From Takakia lepidozioides (Eukaryota; Plantae; Bryophyta), in the NCBI GenBank assembly GCA_030704615.1, contig CM060733.1:6324001-6388000 (forward strand): DNA of 64,000 bases, written 5' to 3'. Of the stretch, positions 1-12,388 are shown piece after piece. A program made the position numbers and the translations under genes. The notes under the pieces were generated by a model. That model saw only the letters and a program-made list of their open reading frames with translations. It had not been told where the DNA came from and did not search any database. Position 1 is the stretch's first letter; every line of letters starts with the position of its first letter.

Positions 1-2489
1 GTCTCAAAGCACTATATAAGAAGACCAAGGCTCTCCTTGTTCTTCATCTTGTGCTCTTCCTCTTGCTTTGTTGCTTTGCTTTAGTCTAGTGTTTTGCTTG
101 AGGGGACCTAGGTCCTAGGGGGTGTGCTCGGGTCCTCCTAGGTAGAGTTAGGAAGAGCATTTGTAGGAGACTAGAGGAAGGTCCCTAGCTCCATTGAGGC
201 CATTGAGCCCATTTTTTAGTGGTTTGAGTTTATACCAACGGCTTTGGCGCGAAAGACGGAGGGACGAGTAGGGAGCCGGGGTGGACCACGAAGACGAGCA
301 TTGCCGCACGTGGCCATAGCACCGAGCCATTAGAGCATCTCATGCATGGCAATGCCGCCCCCCCCCCCCCCCCCGCTTTCCGCCCCTCCCCTAGCGGACC
401 AGCTACTTAACCCGAGGTTCTCCTCTTGGCCATGGCCGCCACCATGGCTTCTGTATCTCCCTTTTCTACTACTACGCGAACCTCACCTTGCTCTGTCTCT
501 CGCTCTAGCTCTCCTCTTTGCGTTCCCAGCGGTCATGAATGCACATCTGGTATGTTCTTCCCCACACGCAAGTTGTGCTTCTCACCAAGTGCTTGGAGCC
601 TAGTCTTATGGCGCCCCCCATCAGGCAATACTGGCCGGAGTCGAGGTTCACTTCTAGTAGTTATGTCTTGTTATCCCCCCCTAAGGATTCATTAGCTACT
701 TGCGTGCAGCTCCCTGGTGTTTTGCTGCTGCACCCAACGGGTGCTTGCCGGGCTATGTTCGGATCTGGAATCACGACATGCTCTACCCCGCATTTTGCTA
801 CTTGCTCTGGTAGTAAGCGATTGTTGATCACCCTCTCGACTGTCCAAGACTGCCGCAACAAGGGTTACCCTACCATCACTACGTTCTTTATTATCTCAAC
901 CTTCAAGGTCTTCAACCTGCATTATTAGCTCGCTCCTTCTTGGTCATAGGGATGTCGTGGGAAGGAGCAGGGGGAGCGGCGCTCCGCCCCGTCATGACCT
1001 TCGCAGCTTCTTAGCCAGGTTTTTAGCTGTGACTATCTTTCTAGGGTTCCACCAAATTTCCAGCTTTCCTGCCTTTTATGCTCTCATGTTTAGCTATGTC
1101 GCTACTCTGCCTAGCCTGCTACATTTAGCCATGGTCGCCGCCATGGCCCCCACTCCTGTTCATGGTGCTCTCGCGAAGCGGTCTTACCGCCTCACCCCCA
1201 GCCTTAACAACAACCTTCAATGCTGCTTTGCCACGCTTGTTTTAAGCTACTACGGTCGTAGTGCACATACGTTCAGGATGGGCCGCAATCGCTCCGCCAA
1301 GCCATAGCCCTTCCCGTGCACTGCCGCCTCCCCGCATGGAGGAGGGCAGAGTTCCGGTTTGCAGATGTACCACCAGGCTGACAGTAGCACCAGTAGAGAA
1401 TCGAAAGCGGGTGCCTCAGGCATTCGGGGACGCCGTGAACAAACAATCTGCAGACCGTATTGAGGGCCCGAATAAACCTCATAGAGGGAAACATACTAAG
1501 CAAGCACCAGCCAGCCAGCTTGGGATAGTAAACCAAGGGAATCACGACAGCCATCATTGTAAAACAAGGAATCATTGTAACCAGTGGCGAGAGAAGGTAT
1601 ACCACATATAACGAAGAGACCTCCTCTGCTGGTGGGGAGAGGTTGGCTTGTCCTTGTGGTGAGCAGTCGTTGAGGGGAGCCGCAGGTCCCTTTGTACAGG
1701 AAGAGAACACGGGTTGGGGAAGCCAATATCCATGGACACCTTAGAATGAGTATATGATGACGAAGTTTGCTCCAAAACAACACAGAATCTTAGCAGGCAC
1801 AGGTCTGTGCATGACCGGTATGTTGCTCGAACCGGCTACACCAACTACCTTGCTTCATATATTGATTATGACAATGAATGATGAAATCCATTGCACATCC
1901 AATACCTTCAGTTGTCCTCTTATTATGACAATATTCTTCTTTCAAGCATTATCAATATATGAATCGAGACGTTTGTTTTTTTTTGTTTTTTGATGTCGAC
2001 CTCCAAAGTATTTGTTTATGAAGGCGAAACGAAGCAGATGCAACACTCGAATCAACCTTGTGATGACGCGAGGCGGATTTGGATGCCTCTTCTGTCCACT
2101 CCCAGCATCCGAAGTCCCGTGCCATGAACCGCAAGGTAGGGAAAGTTGATTATGTAAAGCCCCCAAAAGAACCTTGCGTCAACGTAAAGCATTTAGTGGG
2201 TTCACTGGACTGTTCTGGTATGCATTTCAGACTAAGCTACAACCCCATCAATCAACGTTGCGTCAACGCAAGGTTGATCCATGCGAGCTCAATCTATCAC
2301 TCACAGGGATATTCATTCTCTGCAGAGGAAAAGAAAAAGGAAATCCGTGGGGGGAGATGCAGCTGTGGCAGAAGGTGATGGTGAGGAAGACTCATTTGAG
2401 GAACACTATGAAGACAAGGCCGAGGAGGTTGTGGGTGGGCAGAAAGTGAACTCCTCGAAGGTGATTTTGTCGAAACCTGGTTATCCCAC

Positions 2490-2907
2490 TATGCAGGATG
2501 ATCTCCATGCCCGCGGTTTGACCCGCATTGAGGAACGACATCACGAGGTTGAAGAACGATTTTGTTCACGGCTATGTCAAGGGATCTGCAGTGTTCTATG
2601 TATCCACTGTGAACACGAAAGGAGAGGAGTGTCTTGTAACAGAGGACATAGAGCAAAGTTGGGATGCATGTTGGTGGGATGTAAACAGGGAGTTCGAGTT
2701 CAAGCTATCCAAAAAGGCCTCGACAAAAGCATTTTTGGGAAAGATGTTTTTTGTCTGGGATGGGAACCATAGACTGCTTGTCTGGATGGATTACATTTCA
2801 AGCCTGCACTCGGATGAGATCGAATGGCACTGGAGCGTGGTTTCCATGGTACTCGACCACAAAGGACGTGTCACGCAGCTCTTGACAGCCATGCACGACA
2901 TAAAAAA
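2490..2907 (+). other. ParB/Sulfiredoxin-like domain exon
   Basis: DGNHR at 2759-2773, preceded by a VRP..D...L...F..GY-type segment (with a CGA>TGA stop). Confidence 0.65.
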
Positions 2908-4294
2908 GTAAGTTACCAACATTGTTTCCACCCAATCTGCGTTTTCACAATTCGAAATCATTTTATGAATTGAAGGTTTTTCCAGGTCCAATGAAACCTC
3001 CCATGTGACAACCAATCTCTGCCACACTCTATTCCGTATCCAGAAGATAGGGTTGATGCCACTGGAGTCATTCACGAGCGTGCTTAGTCCTCAGCAGATG
3101 AAGAGGTGTGCTGAAAAGAAGACAAGCACATGGTACAGCCTAACAAGGGAGGCTTTTCTTGTCTACATGTACACGGTAAGCTTCTTGACATCTGTTTTGT
3201 TTGTTGCTAGTGTAAATTTTATCAAGAAACGCCAGTGTTTGATCATTTCTCCCTGTAATGTATGCAGCAAGAAATAGCAGAAACTGGTTTGAAGGCGAAA
3301 GCAGAGTACTATGCTCCCCACACAGAAGAGCAGAGGTCTGCAACTGGGCTTGAGGACATTATGAGATTCGAGATGAACAATCAAAGGAAGAACCTCATGA
3401 GTGCGTTCGACAAACAAATCTGCATAGCATATCCAAGTCTTGGCACGGAATTTCTGGAGCAGGTGAAAGCACATTATGACAAGTATGGCTCCAAGCCAGA
3501 AATGACCCAAGAAAAACTGCATCGCCTTTCCATTTCAATGGTAGACAATGCAACCAAAATCAGGTGGTTGGAGATCTGGAATTCGGATCCACTTGTGAGA
3601 GACACCAACATGTTCCCAACTCCTGAGAGGGACTCGAAGACACAAGCAATAAAAGTTGTTAGCGACCACACATTCGACCAGTGGCTACACAAAACAACCT
3701 TCTAGAGCCAGGTAAGGCATTCACAAAGCCCTTTTCAAATGATTGTGCACATTCGTACTCTCTCCCAAATTCTTATGATCTTTCGTGCTGCAGTTGCAAA
3801 AACGAGCGGTGGCTGCACTTGGGGAGTCAATGGCGGACTACAAAATCCAGATGGCTTTCCCCCGGATCACACTGGAGGCCTATATCAGGAGATGGAAGCT
3901 TGCTGTCTGGAACAACTGCTTCTTCAGGGAGTTTGAGAGAGACAAAGGAATCTCCAGATCCTACGAATTCAAAAACCAGTACAACATCGAGCAAGCAATG
4001 AAACGAGTGTTGTATAGGTGTGACCTTCAAGAAACAAATCTGGTACTAGAAGTGTATGTTTCAGTATTCTTGTGTCGTGTTTTCCATGGAGAATTGCGAA
4101 TTTGCAGGTTTTGAGGGAGGTCTGAGGGCTCTGGACGTGCAGCCGAGCAACATTGCGTTAACGCAAGCTTGTATCCCGGCTGCCATGCCAGTGTCTTGAT
4201 CTTCATGTAGATGTTGTTTTGGTTTCACTTTCCTGTACCTGGGGTATCCAATGATGTCGTTTTCTGCATATTATAGGGCAAAAACCGAAAGGCA

Positions 4295-4437
4295 TGTCGT
4301 GCGCATCGCTATCCAAAACCACACAACACATGTGCACACCACACACTAGTATACCACTAGTCCAACCACTAGGCTATAGCTAGTTAGTCACTAGGCTGCC
4401 ACTATGCTGCCCACTATGGCAGTCACTAGTCCACACA
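4295..4437. repeat. Terminal repeat segment A (copy of 4758-4934)
   Basis: tgtcgtgcgcat...cactagtccacaca matches 4758-4934 apart from two short indels and a few substitutions. Confidence 0.9.
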
Positions 4438-4438
4438 A

Positions 4439-4755
4439 TGATAAAGAAGAAGAATATAAGCACGAGCTCACAAATCTGAAGCATAAACTCATGCATATAT
4501 AACCTCATCACTCAAATACAAGTCAAACCAAGTGCACCCCACGCCATGGGGAATCCACACTACGGCGCCATAGCTAGGCGCGGTGAGGCTCAACTCGAGA
4601 AAGATGAGCCTCCCGCGTTTGTCGTGAAGATAACCACTCCAGGGCCTAAATCTGCCTTGACCCCTGGATTGACACTTGGGCCAATCCCAAATGTCAATAT
4701 GTAAAAGCTAGTTATTTCCTAGCTAGTTTCACACTAGTGGTAAAATAACTTGACA
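4439..4755. repeat. Terminal repeat segment B (copy of 13488-13804)
   Basis: tgataaagaagaag...aaaataacttgaca, 317 bp, about 3 substitutions relative to 13488-13804. Confidence 0.95.
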
Positions 4756-4757
4756 GC

Positions 4758-4934
4758 TGTCGTGCGCATACATATCGCTACACAACTACATCACTGTCCA
4801 AAACCACACAACACATGTGCACACCACACACTAGTATACCACTAGTCCAGCCACTAGTCCAACCACTAGGCTACAGCTAGTCAGTCACTAGGCTGCCACT
4901 ATGCTGCCCTCTATGGCAGTCACTAGTCCACACA
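4758..4934. repeat. Repeat segment A', next to the PPT; A'+GC+B forms the 3' LTR as defined by reverse transcription
   Basis: Minus strand reads AGGGGGGCAA-T-TGTGTGG... then ...CGACA-GC-TGTCA... into B. Confidence 0.85.
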
Positions 4935-5194
4935 ATTGCCCCCCTAGCTAGTGCTTAGGTCCCTCTAAGTCCAGGTAGCCACAAGATGTGATAGTGACCA
5001 TAGCCTCACTAAGTCCTCCACCACTATCCCTACTACACTCAAACTCGATAGATCAAGAGGCCGGGTGCAAGAGTTGCCCCATCGTTAGTCGCCGTCTTGC
5101 AACCTGTGAACTTGAGCTTGGGATCTCATGTATTGACTCCTATGAGCTTGGCCTCCCATGTCTTGTTAGCTGCCTCCAGTCATGTCCATTGCCA

Positions 5195-5340
5195 CTATCC
5201 CAAGCAGTGTGGACACAACCAATCTCCGTCAGGAACCTTCTCAAGAGGTGGTGTCAAGCATCCCATATGCCAACCCCTTTAGCATCGATCACACACCAGC
5301 ATGGTGACTGCCCCTTTGGCAGACCCACAGAGCATGCACC
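5195..5340 (-). pseudogene. PHD finger at the integrase C-terminus
   Basis: CMLCGSAKGAVTMLVCDRC*RGWHMGCLTPPLEKVPDGDWLCPHC (C4HC3), with one premature TAA at 5279-5281. Confidence 0.9.
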
Positions 5341-6886
5341 TCAAACCTGCAGGTACCACTGCCAAGTTTGGGTCAACTCTGCCATCAACATTGGGAAGGT
5401 GACATGGTGCACAATTACGCACATGGTCCTTCCAAGTCATGCCATCCCGACCCTCCAAGATCAGGACCCCTGAGGGCAACACCTCTCGAACCCTCAGAAT
5501 AACACGCCCTGCAGTAACATCCAGAGTCGTAGGAGCAGTCTGCTGCAAATAAACATAGTCACTAGGGTTAAACCTCCGAACCCCAGGACGATATCCTCCA
5601 CCACGTATAGTGGCATACCTCAACGTATCACAGTGTTGTGCAATGGCAAGGTTCTCAAAAGCCATGGGCATGACTTTCTTGAACAACTCTGCACGCTGAT
5701 CATATGCACGTACCCACACGTCCGGATCGTCAAGGTTAAGGACTTGAGCAATGTCCCTACGAATGGCTGAAGGCAAATCCGGCTCTCGGCCAAAAAGAAG
5801 GAAATATGGTGAGAAGGAGGCAAGTGATGCTTGTTTGCTGAACCTGTAGCCCATGGCTAACCAAGGAACCTGAAGATCCTCATGTCCTAGGTGTCCCTTC
5901 TGCAAGTCATACTTGCGCAAACCCCTCTTCACCGTCTGAACAACTCTCTCTGCTAAGCCATCAGCCTCAGGATGATCCCGAGAAGTGGTGCGGTGGTCTA
6001 TCAAGGCTTTATCACACAAAGCCTGAAACTCCCCCAAGAACTCTCTCCCTTGGTCCGTGAGTACCTCAGCTGGAGCACCAAATCGGCTAAGCACACGATC
6101 CAAGAATGCATATGCAGCCCCCTCACTAGCCTTGTCAGGCAATGGAACCAACTCAATCCACTTGGAGAAGTGCTCCACCATCACCAACACATATCTGTTG
6201 TGGCGCATAGTCAGTGGCAACGGTCTTGCGAAGTCAAGACTCCACCTGTAGCCCAATCCCATGATTGGTAAATGATGCAACTGTGGTGTAGGGGTGTTGA
6301 ATGAAGCACGCACCCTGTCACACACCATGCACCTAGCCACGAACTGTTGCACCTCTGTATGCATACCACGCCACCAATACTGCCCTTGCAGTAAACTGTG
6401 AGTGCGTCGCACTCCAAAATGCCCCAACTCCTCATGGGCATGCCGCACTAACCGTGCACGCTGTGTGGGGTGAGGCACAATCCTCACCTGACCATCCTCC
6501 CACACTCGATGTAGGTGTATCCCCTCCCAGTTGAACCTCTTGGCTCGTTGTAGGATCCGATCCCTCTCCCTGGCAGTCATAGTGGCTGCCATGTCTCCCG
6601 TGCGGAGGTAGTCCAACACAGCCGAATCCTCATGTATATCTCTGGCACCACCTGGCTCATCACTAGCTTCAGGGTCCTCAGACACTCCGTCTACAGTCAT
6701 CCCTGTTGTAGGTCCAACCTGACCTCCCGATGCCAAGATACACAAAAATGCAGATGCATGCCATCCCGACACCATCTCCTCGTCCGTCTCACCATGCCAC
6801 CGAGCTCCAGTGTCATCCTGCTGGCTCATGCATGGATTGCGACTCAATCCATCCGCATCCCGATTGACCAAACCCGGTCGATGCAC
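5279..6886 (-). CDS. Gypsy integrase (HHCC zinc finger + DDE core)
   Basis: HEELGHFG...CMVC; WSLDF, LTDQGREF, DGLAERVVQTVK. Confidence 0.92.
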   Translation of the reverse strand: MHRPGLVNRDADGLSRNPCMSQQDDTGARWHGETDEEMVSGWHASAFLCILASGGQVGPTTGMTVDGVSEDPEASDEPGGARDIHEDSAVLDYLRTGDMAATMTARERDRILQRAKRFNWEGIHLHRVWEDGQVRIVPHPTQRARLVRHAHEELGHFGVRRTHSLLQGQYWWRGMHTEVQQFVARCMVCDRVRASFNTPTPQLHHLPIMGLGYRWSLDFARPLPLTMRHNRYVLVMVEHFSKWIELVPLPDKASEGAAYAFLDRVLSRFGAPAEVLTDQGREFLGEFQALCDKALIDHRTTSRDHPEADGLAERVVQTVKRGLRKYDLQKGHLGHEDLQVPWLAMGYRFSKQASLASFSPYFLLFGREPDLPSAIRRDIAQVLNLDDPDVWVRAYDQRAELFKKVMPMAFENLAIAQHCDTLRYATIRGGGYRPGVRRFNPSDYVYLQQTAPTTLDVTAGRVILRVREVLPSGVLILEGRDGMTWKDHVRNCAPCHLPNVDGRVDPNLAVVPAGLRCMLCGSAKGAVTMLVCDRC

Positions 6887-8230
6887 AACCTGAAAGTCAT
6901 ACTCCTAGAGTATGAGTGCCCACCGTGCAAGCTTCCCCGTAAGCTTGTCTGACTCCATCAACCACTTGAGTGGCTAGTGATCTGTGACAAGGGTGAAAAG
7001 ATTGCCGTATAGATAGCACCTGAAGTGTGCCACGGCCCACACTGCAGCTAAGCACTCTCCCTCATATGAGCTGTACTTAGCCTCTGCAGCGTTGTTTGAG
7101 CGGCTAGCATAAGCCACTACAAACTCTCTTCCCTCATCATCCACCTGTGTGAGCACCGCTCCAGGCCCCAGCATGCTCCAATCCGTATGCAGCTGAAAGG
7201 GACGCCCCCTAATAGGTCGTCTCAGGATAGGCGCCGAGGTCAACCTCGCCTTGAGCTCTTGAAAAGCTCGTTCCTGCTCATCTTCCCACTGCCACTCCTG
7301 GTCCACCTTGGTCAGCTTGGTTAGAGCCTTTGCAATGGTACTAAATCCCTTGACAAACCGTCTATAATAGTTTGCCAACCCCATGAAAGCTCGAACTCGG
7401 CTCACATCCGTGGGGCGTGGAATTTGTGCAATGGCCTCTACCTTAGTCTGTTGTACCCCCAATCCTCCAAGATATATCATGTGACCCAGATACTCAATCT
7501 GGTTGTGGAAAAACTTGCAATCCGTGCGCTCTCAAGCGCTCCAATACCACCTGAAGGTGTCTCTCATGCTCCTCCATCGTAACACTAAAGATGATGATGT
7601 CATCTATGTAGCACCGAGCAAAGTCCACCCCTGCTAGAATCATATCCATGACTCTCTGAAACTCTGTAGGAGCATTCTTAAGCCCAAATGGTAAGAACCG
7701 CCACTGATATAGGCAATCCTTGCCGTGTTCATTGATCCCCCAGAATGTCGTCTTCTGCTTGTCCGCCTCCTTGATTGGCAACTGGTGATATCCGGATCGT
7801 AAATCCAAAGTGCTAAAGACCTTAGCATGCCCGATGGCATCAAAGATCTCATCTGGTGTTGGCATGGCATACTTATCGGACTTGGTCTGACGATTTACAG
7901 GTCAGTAATCACCGCACATACGTCTCTCCATCCAATTGTCATAGACATCATTCTTGGCTAACATCACTGTGGCTGAAGCATACTCTCCACCAGAGAGCTC
8001 CACCAAACCTGCCTCCCAGAGATCTTGAGTCCTCATCTGAATCAAAGACCTCTCCATGTCACTGTATCTATAGGGTCTCTGAAAGATTGGTGTGTCAGTG
8101 GCCAACTCAATATGGATCTCTTGACCCTTCAGTGCTCCCAAGTCCTTCAAACTAAAGGCAAAGCAATTCCTGTAAGCCCTCAAGAACCGCCGTATACGTC
8201 GTCTCTCTCCTCCGCTGACAATGGGTCCAA
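6887..8230 (-). pseudogene. Gypsy reverse transcriptase + RNase H (frameshifted)
   Basis: RRMCGDY, FSTLDLRSGYHQ, LPFGLKNAP, YIDDII, LHTDWS, YSSYEGECLA, TDH. Confidence 0.93.
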
Positions 8231-8598
8231 TGTCAGGCTCCCAATTGTCCTCCGTAACTGCAACCTTAAGTCCAGTGGGCTTAGAGGTAGAGGACGCGTC
8301 CAGTGGTTGCTATGTTGCAACCTCTTGAGTAGTACTCCCTACCTGCTCAGTCAGTGACAAGGCCTCATCCTGCCCCATCATCTCATCCTCAAGGACTTCC
8401 TCCACCCGAGAAAAATCCCCAACCTCATCTTTCATCGCCACCTTGGCTGCCAACTCCCTCTGAACCTCGAGCACCTCCCACGTGTGTCATGGATGCATGC
8501 ACCCCGTGGTCCTCATATGCTCGCCCCCACTCACTGCCTGTACCATCTCGGTAGGCAGAGAGACCATCGAGGGAAGTGTACTCCGCACTCTGCGTTGC

Positions 8599-9734
8599 TC
8601 AGCCATCGCCAAGCTGATAATCCAGGTCAAAAATATAATTGAGATCCATTGCTTGCCCCAACACTTGACGATGTGATGCCTCAGAAAGAGACGACACCGC
8701 CGTGGTACCGGTGGTAAAACCCATTACCCGCTCATGCTCGTCAGCATTAGGCTCCACTAACTGCTGCAACTGAGCATCCCACTGGAGGCCAGGTCCACTA
8801 TCCCGGAAAGCATGCGATCCTGGGAAGCTGAGCAGTGTAGGTAATGTTGCTCGTGGTTGACCCACCTTGTTGACCACTGCCAAAGGCGAACGGTCATCGT
8901 GTCTCACACGCTAAGACTGCCTCCATGTGTCCAGAATTCTATCCACTGTGAGATGTGTTGGCCGCTGCACCCCATCAAATGCACGCTTGAGCAGTGCGGG
9001 TGGCATCAAGTTAGTCCACCATAGCCGTGGACGATGAGCCCGTGACCCCACTGTAGCTGCATCTAGCAACATTGCTGACCCAACCACAACCAGACTTGAT
9101 GCACACTGGCCATCACCCTGGCCCGAGAATCGCCCATCAGTGGCACATTCTCCAAGATGTATACTAGAGATACAGCTTGATGAAGCTGCAAGTGGCGCAA
9201 AACCCGCATCATCTCCCAAAACAGACCCGACCTCGAGTCTCGCAATCCATTGCCATGCCCGGCTGATGAATGCCCTTGGCAGGGCCAACCTGCCACTACC
9301 AGATCAATGGAGCCAACCCGCTCCAAATCCTGCGCCCCCAGCAACGAAATGTCTGCTGGCAAGGCCTGCTGATATCCACGAATTGCAGACACCGACAACA
9401 ATTCAGGGTACCGCTGCACCAACTGAGCAACATGGCGAAGTGAAACGTGTCGTGCAGTCTCATCCCTCTCCACATACAGGTAATGCCGAACTCGTACACC
9501 TGCCTGTAACACAGCAGCCAATCCGGTGCTAATCCCGCCAAACAAGTCCAGAAGACAAATGCCTTCATCCGGATACTGCCACACAATAGGTGTGGTGTCC
9601 AATGGAGACAACTGAGGTGGTCCTGGTGCAATCCCTGCACTCTCCTCCTCTCCTGACGGTACAAAAGCCTTCATCCAGGCTTGTTGCACCCGTCGATCAG
9701 CATCCCGCTGCAAATCCTTGCTCGTGCCCCACAA
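8599..9734 (-). pseudogene. C5 cytosine DNA methyltransferase domain inside the pol region
   Basis: Motif I LLDLFGGISTG, II YVERD, IV AGWPCQGHS, VI YILENV, VIII AHRPRLWW, IX/X ERVMGF...RQVLGQAMD. Has a frameshift and a stop. Confidence 0.92.
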
Positions 9735-9785
9735 TGGAGTCTAAGCAACCATGGTAGGCAACTCCGCCATACCATACATGTCATC

Positions 9786-10338
9786 CTACTCTCCCGGAGG
9801 TGGCACATCCTCTAAATGAGCGTTGCCCTCAAGCAACTCTCTAGGCCAACTCACTGCCGCTGTGAATGCTGCTAGTGTCGGCATCTTGCCTCGCTGGGCA
9901 ACCGCAACTCCTCCTATGAACGTCACAGGGAGCTGCACATGCCGGCCCTCCCCTGACTGCCATGCAGGCCTATAGGAAGCTGACTCCTCCCAAAAATCCA
10001 GGGTGAAGCCCATGGGGTACAACACTGCCCCACCAACCAAGACATCGTATGAGACCGCGTCTGTCACAATGGCCTTGGCTCGCATCACTGAGCCATTTGT
10101 AGGGTGATCCGGCCGTAGTCTGATAGCCAACTCACGCCGTGTCATGCCCCGAGCCTGCTCCGATCCTCCCAGAGACGTCTGTATCTGGAAAGGACAAGGC
10201 TCCATATCCGCCTCCGTGAGGCCCAAGCCTGCAATAGCAGCTCTGCCCAGCATCAGTGGTTGAGCTCCCGAGTCCAACAAGACCCGCAGTGGCCGATACC
10301 TCTTGCCTGCCGGTCCACTCAAACAGAAAATGCCATCC
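9786..10338 (-). CDS. Retroviral-type aspartic protease
   Basis: LRVLLDSGAQ...YDVLVG. Confidence 0.85.
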
Positions 10339-10846
10339 TGAGGGCATGCTGGGGTTAGGCATTGCTTTAGCTTCTCTTCCTCGTAGTTTCCACCCTCTCA
10401 TTAGGCCAAGACCTTTCGTAGGTGGAGGCAAGAGTCAGTCCGGGTTTGGGCTAGGGTGTCCGTTCAGGAACAACACCGTGGAGTTGTTTTGGTGTGGGGA
10501 GTTGTCGTTCTGATTTCTTGTGTTTGGATCCCCTCCATACCTGCATGCTTGACTGTGCGCCATGCTAGTTTTGTGTGGGCGCTTGTTTTTATAGGTGATT
10601 GGTCCGGATTTGATCACCGGCCAGTCATAGAGCATGCTGTCGATGGTGAGGCTGGGGTGATGACCAGCCAGACCATCATTGTGGTGAGGTTGGAGGTGAT
10701 GACCAGCCAACCATAGGAGTGCTTGCGGTGGATGCAGGTACAGGTGTAGGCTATGTTAGGAACTTAGTATTCCAAACCATAAGCCGCAACAGGTTCTCTA
10801 CCCGGTTACCTTGTGGAGAGGGGGTTAGGGACATGTTCATGACCGG

Positions 10847-11416
10847 TTGAGTGTCAACACGGAGGTGCCACTAGTTGCTGGGGATAGTGCCGGTTCGAGC
10901 ACTAGTGATACTAGTGGGTACACGAGACGAGGTGTGCGGTTTAGGCCACCTTCACCTCCTGTGTCTTCTACGGAAGGTTCTGATTCGGATTGTGAATCAG
11001 GAGGACTCATACCGGCGGTGCAAGTTGTTTCTTTGCCATTGTTGTGGGACACAATGGAGGAGATGTATGGAGCTACCAAGGGGCCACGAAGGTACTCTGG
11101 GGCGGTGGGCACCATCGAGTTGGATGATTTTATCCAAGAGTTTGATAGTTGGTGTGATTTGCAGCAAATGCGCAATCCACAACTATTTACGCCTTTCATG
11201 GCATGGAAGGGGCTGTTTCAGCACCTTGAGGGGCCGCCTATGGATGATTACCATGAGTTCAGGCGGGGGCATGAGGTTGAGATCGAGGAGTGGAGGATGT
11301 ACTGGTCACCCGACTATGTCTCCATCACAGGGGGTACTAGAGCCACGAGGGCAGTGGTACACCTGCCGCTGCACCGGCAGCTTCAACGAGTAGCAGTGGG
11401 ACTGGTGGTACAGTAG
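10847..11416 (+). pseudogene. gag N-terminal fragment, inverted relative to its element
   Basis: Homologous to 54157-54705 (ELDDFIQEFDSW..LQQMRNP); lies on the plus strand while pol is on the minus strand. Confidence 0.8.
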
Positions 11417-11599
11417 CTACGACGTCCACCCAAGCCACTACCGCAACACTCTTTCATCTCCTCTCTTCCCTTACTTGCATGACCATGGGAATATCATGAA
11501 GATACTCCTCAAACCGCCCTCCACAAGCTTCAAAATTCGGCCTTCGAGACCACATGTCAGTCCTTAGGCAGTCCACGAGTGCCTCCACGAGTCAGCACA

Positions 11600-12388
11600 G
11601 GTCGTCCACAGGTCAACATGGGCCACCACAGACCAGCACAGGCCCACACAGCTCAACATGGGCCACCACAGACCAGCACGGGCCCACACAGCTCACAGGT
11701 CACAGCCGTCACAGCCCCACACAGGCCACAGCCCTACACAGGTCACAGGGTCACAGCCCCACAGGCCGCAGCCTATCACAGCCCCTCACAGCCCCTCACA
11801 ACCCCTCACAACCCCTCACAACCCCACAGGCCACTGGGCTTAGCCTGTCACAGCCCCTCATAGCCCGTCACAGCTCGCCACAGCCCATCACAGCCCATCA
11901 CAGCCCCACAGGCCACAGGGCACAGCCCGTCACAGCCCGTCACAGCCCGTCACAGCTCGCCACAGCCTGTCACAGCCCATCACAGCCCCACAGGCCACAA
12001 GGCACAGCCTGTCACAGCCCCTCACAGCCCCTCACAGCCCCACAGGCCACTGGGCTTAGCCTGTCACAGCCCCTCACAGCCCGTCACAGCCCACAAGCCA
12101 CTGGGCTTGGCCTGTCACAGCCCGCCACAACCTGTCACAGCCCCTCACAGCCCGTCACAGCTTGCCACAGCCTATCACAGCCCGTCACAGCCCCACAGGC
12201 CACAGGGCACAGCCCCTCACAGCCCCTCACAGCCCCTCACAGCTCGCCACAAGCCTGTCACAGCCCGTCACAGCCCCACAGGCCACAGGGCACAGCCTGT
12301 CACAGCCCCACAGGCCACATGGCACAGCCTATCACAGCCCACACAGCCCGTCATAGCCCCACAGGCCACAGGCCACAGCCTGTCACAT
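11600..12388. repeat. Minisatellite-like CACAGCC(C/T) tandem array in the retrotransposon leader
   Basis: Many degenerate 9-10 bp units such as cacagcccgt, cacagcccct and cacaggcca. Confidence 0.9.

Noticed and set aside
1-1900. TATA-containing LTR-like start, poly-C tract and several short ORFs
   Set aside because: No partner repeat or recognisable protein motif within the window; probably TE debris.
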